A DNA stretch of 62,311 nt, filler included, from Coriobacteriales bacterium (lineage in GTDB: Bacteria > Actinomycetota > Coriobacteriia > Coriobacteriales > UBA8131): NCBI GenBank assembly GCA_031263105.1. It is 6 parts of 6 records of this genome, joined end to end, with 100 filler letters (N's around TTAATTAATTAA, not from the genome) between each part and the next. Parts side by side here need not be neighbours in the genome. Positions count along the whole stretch, not along the records: positions 43,458 to 62,311 come from JAISGJ010000128.1; 5 more parts are not named here. One strand, given 5' to 3'. The notes under the pieces were generated by a model. That model searched no databases. It had not been told where the DNA came from and saw only the letters and a program-made list of their open reading frames with translations. The translations under genes were made by a program, and so were the position numbers. This document shows positions 56,431 to 62,311 of this stretch, piece by piece. Position 1 is the first letter of the stretch, and every line of letters begins with the position of its first letter.

Positions 56431-59400
56431 GCTCCCCCGTGCGCGCCGCCGCCGCCCGCCTCGCCGTCGGTCGCGCCGCCGCCCACATGACGGAGCGCCT
56501 GGTCGAGGCGCTGGCTCACCAGCTTGGAGACCCCTGCGGCCTGCATGGTCACGCCGTACAGGACGTCGGCGGCCTCCATGGTGCGGCGCTGGTGCGTCAC
56601 GAGTATCAGCTGGGTATGTCGGCGAATCTGGTCGAAGTAGTCTATCAGGCGGCTGAGGTTCGTGTCGTCGAGTGCCGCCTCCACCTCGTCGAGGATGTAG
56701 AAGGGCACGTCCCTGATGCGGTAGACCGCGAACAGCAGCGCAAGCGCCGTCAGCGACTTCTCCCCGCCGCTCATAAGCGAGAGCTTCGTTATCTTCTTGC
56801 CCCGGGGCTGGGCGCTCACCTCGATGCCGAGGTCGTCCTGCTCGTCGCCCTCTATCAGCAGCAGCTGGCCGAAGCCTCCGGGGAAGAGCATCCCGAACAC
56901 CTCTTGGAAGTTGCGGTTCACCTGCTCGAAGGTCTCAAGGAACTGGTTCTTCATCTTGCGGTCGAGCGCGCGCTCGATCTTCGCGAGCGCCTTGCGCGCC
57001 TCTCTCAGGTCCTCGACCTGGCTCAGCGTGTAGTCGCGCCGCCGCTTGAGGGCCTCGAACTCCTCCATGGCGACATGGTTGACCGCGCCCATCGAGCCGA
57101 GCTTGCGGCGCAGGCGGTCCGCCTGGTCCTCCGCCTGCTGGCGGTCCTCCGGCGAGGGGGTCCCGAGCGCCGACTCGAGCGGCACGCCGCTGCCCTCCGT
57201 GATACGGGAGATGGCGTGCTCCACCTCGGACTCGAACCGCGCCTTCTCCACCCTCAGCTCGGTAAGGCGCCCGTTGACGGCCTCCAGCTCGCCGCGCGCC
57301 TCCTCGACGGCGGCGTTCGCCTCGTTGATCACGCTGCGGAGGTTCTTGGAGTCCGTCTGCTCGAGCTGCGCCTGGTCACGCAGCTTGCCCGCCCAGGTCG
57401 TCGCGCCGACGTGCAGGTGCTCGTAGATCTGGTACAGCGGGTCGATCCGCTGCCGGATGACGTCCAGGTTGGCCTCCGTCTGGCGCGAGACCTTGAGCGC
57501 CTCGTCGATCTCCCTCATTTCGAGGCGCAGGGCCTCAAAACGGCTCTTGAGGTAGGTCGACGACCCCTTGGCCGTCTCGAGCTCGACCTTCGCGGCGGAC
57601 AGACGCTCCGCGACCTCGTTCTTCTCGTCGGTCGCCTTCTTGAGGGCGCCCTCCGCGTCCAGGGCGGCCGCCTCCAGGCCCCCCGTCCCCTCCGTGAGCT
57701 GGGCGATGCGCTCCTCGAAGCCGCTCGCCAGCGGCAGCGAGGACGAGCGCCGCCTCGCGACGTCGGCGAGCTTGCGCTCGACGCCCTCGCGCCGGGCGAG
57801 CAGCTGCGTCATGACCTCCTCGAGGCGCACCAGCTCCTCGCGGGCGGCATCGCAGTCGCCCTGCACCTTCGCGAGGCGCTGCGAGATCTCGAAGCCGTCC
57901 TGCTGGGCGACCTGGAGGTTCTGCTCGGCAACCGACACCTCGAGCTCGACATCGGAGAGCTGCGCCGAGGCGGCCTCCGCATCCTCGTTGAGGCGGTCGA
58001 GCCTGCGCCGCCTAGCAAGCACGCTGTCGACGTCGTTGAGCTGCATCCCCAGCGTGAGCTTGCCGCTCGGCCAGACGACCGCGCCCTCGGGGGTCGCGAA
58101 GCGCACGCCGAGCGTGTCGCGCAGGCGGTACTTCTGCGCCTCGGCGATGGACGGCGCAAGGTAGAGGTCCCCCAGCAGCGACTCGACGGCGTCGCGGTCC
58201 GTGTCGGGGAACTCCAGGTAGTCGACGAGCCGCTCGCCGCGCGGGGAGCGCCCCTCCGGGGCAAGCGGGCCCCTCAAAGGGACGAGGGCGATCTCGCCGC
58301 GCTCGCCGCTTGCGTGCAGGCGTTCCGCGATGCGGGCCGCAGCCTTCTCGTCCTCGACGAGCAGGCCGAAGAGGTCGGCGCCCAAAAGCCGCTCGATGAG
58401 GGCCTCGCCCTCCTCCATCCGCATCCCGAAGGGCAGGCTGGCGTCCGCACGCAGCCTCAGGGCCTCGGCGATGGGCCCGACGACGCCCTGGAGGCCGTCC
58501 CGGTGCTCCCGTATCCAGTTGAGCATCGGCGACGCGGTCTCGAAGGCGCGGTCTATCTCCTCGAGCGCACGGACCTCGGCCTGGATGGCTGCAAGCGCGT
58601 CACGCTGCTGGTCGAGCTTCTGGCGACGGTCGTCGAGCAGGCGCACACGCTTGTCGATGTCGGACTTCGCGAGGTTGGAGTCGGCCTTCTCCTTGACGAG
58701 CTGCGCCTCCAACGCGTCGAGCCGGGAGCGCCGTTGCACCAGGACGTCCTGCGTGCCGGTGAACTCCCCCTCTATCTGGGCATGGCTCTCCTTGAGGAGC
58801 GCCTCCTCCACGTCGAGCGAGCCGAGCGCGTCGGTGGCCTTCGCAAGGTTGAGCTGCGCCGTGTCCAAGGCGGCCTGGTGGCTCCGCAGGGCGGCGGCGG
58901 CACGGGCATGCGCCTCCTCCGCCTGGTTCTTCTCCTTCAGCGCCTGCTCGCAGTCGTGGCCAAGGTCGTTGAACTGCGCATACAGTGCCTTGACCCTGCC
59001 CTGCCCCTCGCTGAGCTTCTCGGAGATGCCCTCGAACTCCTCGGTGGCGGCCTTGAGCCTTGTCTGCGAGTTGTGGACCTGCGCCCGCAGGTCGGAGAGC
59101 CGCGAGACCATGTTGCGGCCCTTCTCCTCCAACACGAGCATGCCGGCGTCGAGGCGCTGGATGATGGACTGGCAACGGATGCGCTGCTCGTTGAGGTCGC
59201 CCGCGAACAGGCCCTTCTCCTCGAGGGCGAGCTGCCGCTTGCTGAGCTCGGCCTCGCGCTCGTTGAGGCGGAAGTGCACAAGCTCGGCCTCGGCGCCGAT
59301 CTCCTTCTCCCGATGGTCGAGCAGGCCCCACTCGCCCTGGAGCGTGCGGAGGTCGTCGACGGCCAGCGCGAGCTCGAGCGCGGCGAGCTCGCCCGAGAGG

Positions 59401-60050
59401 GAGCGGTGCTGCTGCGCGCGCGCGGCCTGGCGCTCAAGGGGGCGGAGCTGCGACTCGATGACGCGGACGATGTCGTTGACGCGCTCAAGGGAGGCATCCA
59501 TCACCGCGAGCTTGCGCGATGCCTTCTCCCTGCGCTTCTTGTGCTTGAGGATGCCCGCCGCCTCCTCGACGAGGGCTCGCCGGTCCGAGGGCCGCGACTC
59601 GAGCACGGCCGTGAGGCTGCCCTGGCCGATGATGGAATGCGCGCCCTGGCCTATCCCCGAGTCGAACAGGACGTCGATGACGTCCATGCGGCGGCAGGGC
59701 GACCCGTTGATGAAGTACTCGCTCTCGCCGTTGCGGTACATGCGGCGCATGATGGCGACCTGCTCGAACTCGATGGGGAGCTTCCCGTCCGCATTGTCGA
59801 GCACGAGCTCCACCTCGGCCACACCGACGGCCTGGCGGGCCGACGAGCCCGAGAAGATGAGCTCCTCCATGGCCTGCACGCGCAGGTTGCTCGACTTCTG
59901 CTCGCCGAGCACCCAGAGCACGGCTTCCGAGACGTTCGACTTGCCCGAGCCGTTGGGGCCGACGATGACGGAGACGCCCTCCTCGAAGTTCATGACCGAC
60001 CGGTCCGCGAACGACTTGAAGCCTTTGATCGTCAGCGATCTGAGATACAT
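56427..60050 (-). CDS. smc: Chromosome segregation protein SMC
   Basis: GPNGSGKSN, coiled coils, hinge, MSGGEKS, LDEVEAALD. Confidence 0.97.
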   Translation of the reverse strand: MYLRSLTIKGFKSFADRSVMNFEEGVSVIVGPNGSGKSNVSEAVLWVLGEQKSSNLRVQAMEELIFSGSSARQAVGVAEVELVLDNADGKLPIEFEQVAIMRRMYRNGESEYFINGSPCRRMDVIDVLFDSGIGQGAHSIIGQGSLTAVLESRPSDRRALVEEAAGILKHKKRREKASRKLAVMDASLERVNDIVRVIESQLRPLERQAARAQQHRSLSGELAALELALAVDDLRTLQGEWGLLDHREKEIGAEAELVHFRLNEREAELSKRQLALEEKGLFAGDLNEQRIRCQSIIQRLDAGMLVLEEKGRNMVSRLSDLRAQVHNSQTRLKAATEEFEGISEKLSEGQGRVKALYAQFNDLGHDCEQALKEKNQAEEAHARAAAALRSHQAALDTAQLNLAKATDALGSLDVEEALLKESHAQIEGEFTGTQDVLVQRRSRLDALEAQLVKEKADSNLAKSDIDKRVRLLDDRRQKLDQQRDALAAIQAEVRALEEIDRAFETASPMLNWIREHRDGLQGVVGPIAEALRLRADASLPFGMRMEEGEALIERLLGADLFGLLVEDEKAAARIAERLHASGERGEIALVPLRGPLAPEGRSPRGERLVDYLEFPDTDRDAVESLLGDLYLAPSIAEAQKYRLRDTLGVRFATPEGAVVWPSGKLTLGMQLNDVDSVLARRRRLDRLNEDAEAASAQLSDVELEVSVAEQNLQVAQQDGFEISQRLAKVQGDCDAAREELVRLEEVMTQLLARREGVERKLADVARRRSSSLPLASGFEERIAQLTEGTGGLEAAALDAEGALKKATDEKNEVAERLSAAKVELETAKGSSTYLKSRFEALRLEMREIDEALKVSRQTEANLDVIRQRIDPLYQIYEHLHVGATTWAGKLRDQAQLEQTDSKNLRSVINEANAAVEEARGELEAVNGRLTELRVEKARFESEVEHAISRITEGSGVPLESALGTPSPEDRQQAEDQADRLRRKLGSMGAVNHVAMEEFEALKRRRDYTLSQVEDLREARKALAKIERALDRKMKNQFLETFEQVNRNFQEVFGMLFPGGFGQLLLIEGDEQDDLGIEVSAQPRGKKITKLSLMSGGEKSLTALALLFAVYRIRDVPFYILDEVEAALDDTNLSRLIDYFDQIRRHTQLILVTHQRRTMEAADVLYGVTMQAAGVSKLVSQRLDQALRHVGGGATDGEAGGGGAHGGA

Positions 60051-60868
60051 GGAGCCTCCTCGTCCGCAGGGGGGGCGCCGCAGCCGTCGCCGGGCACGAC
60101 GTCGGGCGCAGGGGGGGCGCCGTCCCCCACAGGGGGGGCGTCCTCGCCCACAACCTTCTTCGCCTTTCGCCTGTCCCTGCGGGAAAGGCGTTTGAGCGCA
60201 TGGGCGGCAGCGGCGGCCTCGGCGTCCTTCTTCGAATGGCCGGTGCCCGTCCCGACGACCACCCCGGCCGAGAGCACGTTGCAGGTGAAGATGCGCTCGT
60301 GCGGCGGCCCGGAGGTCTCGACGACCTCGTAGGTCGGTGTGATGCGGCTCGCCTGGAGGATCTCCTGGAGGATGGACTTGGGGTTCTCCGGCTCGGCGGC
60401 AAGCTTGCGCGAGATATGGCTGTCAAGGACCTCCAGCACCCATCGCTGCGCCTCGGAGGCGCCGCCGTCGAGGGCGATGGCGGCTATGAGCGCCTCGAAC
60501 ACGTTCTCCAGCGCCGAGTACAGCCCCCTCCTGCCGGTGCCCCTCTCGGACGAGCCGAAGATGATGAGGTCGGCGAAGCCGAGCTCCGCGCAACGCTCGG
60601 AGAGCATCCCGCCCGACACCAGCGAGACCTTGATGCGGGTGAGCGCGCCCTCGTCGAGGTCGGGGAAGCGCTCGTAGAGCGTCAGGGAGACGAAGGCGCC
60701 GAGGAACGAGTCGCCGAGGAACTCCAGGCGCTCATAGGAGCCCTCGATCGCGTTCTCCTCGATGGCGGAGGGATGGGTCAGCGCCCGGAGCAGGAGCGCC
60801 TTGTCGTTGAAGGTGTACCCGAGGATACGCTCGGCACACTCGATGCGCTCGGTGTCGGTGACGGCCAT
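60032..60868 (-). CDS. rnc: Ribonuclease III (alternative start 60952)
   Basis: ALTHPS, ERLEFLGD, dsRBD NPKSILQE..GHSKKDAE. Confidence 0.96.
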   Translation of the reverse strand: MAVTDTERIECAERILGYTFNDKALLLRALTHPSAIEENAIEGSYERLEFLGDSFLGAFVSLTLYERFPDLDEGALTRIKVSLVSGGMLSERCAELGFADLIIFGSSERGTGRRGLYSALENVFEALIAAIALDGGASEAQRWVLEVLDSHISRKLAAEPENPKSILQEILQASRITPTYEVVETSGPPHERIFTCNVLSAGVVVGTGTGHSKKDAEAAAAAHALKRLSRRDRRKAKKVVGEDAPPVGDGAPPAPDVVPGDGCGAPPADEEAPCISDR

Positions 60869-60953
60869 GTCGGCCTTCCTGTCCTTGGCGGGGGCGGCGG
60901 GGGCGGATGCCGTGTCGGCGGCGGGAGCTGCGGGGGCGGGGGCGGCCGTCATG

Positions 60954-61952
60954 TCAGCCAGCGGCCTCTGCGACGGCCTCTGCGATGACCTGCGGCAGGC
61001 GCCCCCGCACGCAGCGTGCGGCCTGTGCGATGCCACAGGCGACGGCGCGCGCGCTCGACGACCCATGGCCTATGATGCAGCTGCCCTTGAGGCCGAGGAG
61101 CGGCGCCCCGCCGACCTCCTCGGCACTGAGGCTCCTCTTGAGCTCCTTGAGCCCCGGTGCGACCACTGCGGCCGCGACCCTGCGGACGGCCGTCGCCATG
61201 AGCGCGTCCTTGAGGCGGGACATGAGGGCGTCGGCCGCGCCCTCGATGGTCTTGAGCGTGACGTTGCCCGTGAAGCCGTCGGTGACGATGACGTCGAAGC
61301 GCCCCGTCAGGATGTCCGTCCCCTCGGCGTTGCCGACGAAGCCTGCGACCTTCTCCTCCATGAGCCCATAGGCCTCCTGCGCGAGCGCCGAGCCCTTGGT
61401 GGCCTCCTCGCCGATATTGAGAAGGGCGATGCGCGGGGCCTCCACCCCAAGGACGCGCTCCGCATAGATGCCGGCCATCTGCGCGAACTGGACGAGGTAC
61501 TCGGGCCGAACGTCGGCGTTGGCGCCCACGTCGGCCAAGACGACGGGCGCGTGCGGCGCGGGCAGCACCGTGGCGATGGCAGGGCGCGCAATGCCCTTGA
61601 TGCGCCCGATGTGAAGCGTCGCGGCCGCCATGCACGCGCCCGTGGAGCCTGCGGAGAAGAAGCCGCCTGCGTGCCCGTCGCGCACGAGGCCGCAGCCGAC
61701 CACGAGGGACGAGTCCTTCTTCGTGCGCACCGCCTGGGCGGGATGCTCGTCCATGCCGATCGTCTCGGAGGCGGCGGAGGCGGCGAGGCGATCGGGATGC
61801 TGCTGGACGAAGGGCCCCACCACCTCGGCAGGGCCGACCAGCACGACGGCCAGGAGCGGGTCGTCCCGGAGGGCCTGGAGGGCCCCTTCGAGCACGACCT
61901 GCGGGGCCCCGTCGCCCCCTGCGGCATCGACCGCTATGGTGACGTCGCTCAC
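60954..61952 (-). CDS. plsX: Phosphate acyltransferase
   Basis: IAVDAAGGD, SAGSTGA, DVGANAD, VTDGFTGN, HGSS. Confidence 0.97.
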   Translation of the reverse strand: MSDVTIAVDAAGGDGAPQVVLEGALQALRDDPLLAVVLVGPAEVVGPFVQQHPDRLAASAASETIGMDEHPAQAVRTKKDSSLVVGCGLVRDGHAGGFFSAGSTGACMAAATLHIGRIKGIARPAIATVLPAPHAPVVLADVGANADVRPEYLVQFAQMAGIYAERVLGVEAPRIALLNIGEEATKGSALAQEAYGLMEEKVAGFVGNAEGTDILTGRFDVIVTDGFTGNVTLKTIEGAADALMSRLKDALMATAVRRVAAAVVAPGLKELKRSLSAEEVGGAPLLGLKGSCIIGHGSSSARAVACGIAQAARCVRGRLPQVIAEAVAEAAG

Positions 61953-61970
61953 CTTGGAACCTCGCAGCCC

Positions 61971-62150
61971 TTACTCGGTGACGATGACCTCACGGCCCTT
62001 GTAATGCCCGCAGTTGGGACAGACGAAGTGCGGGAGCTTCGCAGCCCCGCACTGGGGACAGAGCGAGCGGGGGGCCTCCACGAGCCTGGTGTTGGCGCTC
62101 CTGCGCGCATGGGTAACAGCTCGACCGGTCTTACGCTTGGGGACTGCCAT
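61971..62150 (-). CDS. rpmF: 50S ribosomal protein L32 (Zn-ribbon type); not in the ORF track
   Basis: MAVPKRKTGR..CPQCG..PHFVCPNCGHYKGR. Confidence 0.97.
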   Translation of the reverse strand: MAVPKRKTGRAVTHARRSANTRLVEAPRSLCPQCGAAKLPHFVCPNCGHYKGREVIVTE

Positions 62151-62311
62151 ATCGGTTCCTTTCCTTCACACCGCAGTGTGGCTGAAAACGGGATAAGACG
62201 CAAACGGTTATTGTACCAGTACCCTCTCGTTTTGGATAGGTGCGGATCGGCGCGGCGGCGCGGCGCGGCGGCGCGCGGCCGGCAGCACGGCGGCGCCGTC
62301 GTTACTGCCTG

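Noticed and set aside
56439..60332. Very long antisense ORFs (also 1275-3989, 30745-32922, 34872-37541, 53845-56490)
   Set aside because: Shadow ORFs opposite well-supported genes, expected from high-GC codon bias.

Overview
The window is six assembly contigs joined by artificial N-TTAATTAATTAA-N spacers (13491-13590, 20368-20467, 30013-30112, 39099-39198, 43358-43457). The source is a high-GC bacterium, probably Coriobacteriia (inference from GC content, gene order and protein style). Core genes: rpsB-tsf-pyrH-frr-uppS-cdsA-dxr, rseP-ispG, and rpmF-plsX-rnc-smc-ftsY-ffh. Accessory content: (1) a putative iron-uptake operon with a ~2200-aa LRR/Ig surface protein carrying ~6 copies of an unnamed domain; (2) a scrambled Rpn/YhcG/GNAT-TA region; (3) a duplicated island of surface protein, toxin-antitoxin modules, tag and a HicB remnant, probably lying between dxr and rseP; (4) three ABC exporters and arsM; (5) a low-GC type III R-M-associated operon with TIR and AbiJ-like cargo; (6) an Elp3 / Trm9-like methyltransferase / QueG-like cluster. 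At least three families of palindromic repeats are scattered through the window. Best leads: the head-to-head Elp3 and Trm9-like pair (possible bacterial mcm5U34 pathway), the TIR + AbiJ-like genes coupled to a poly-G mod gene, a poly-G spacer promoter on a surface protein, a shared AGTTA-N8-TAACT operator, and Rpn intragenic small proteins. All protein family calls come from motif recognition by eye; no database search was run.
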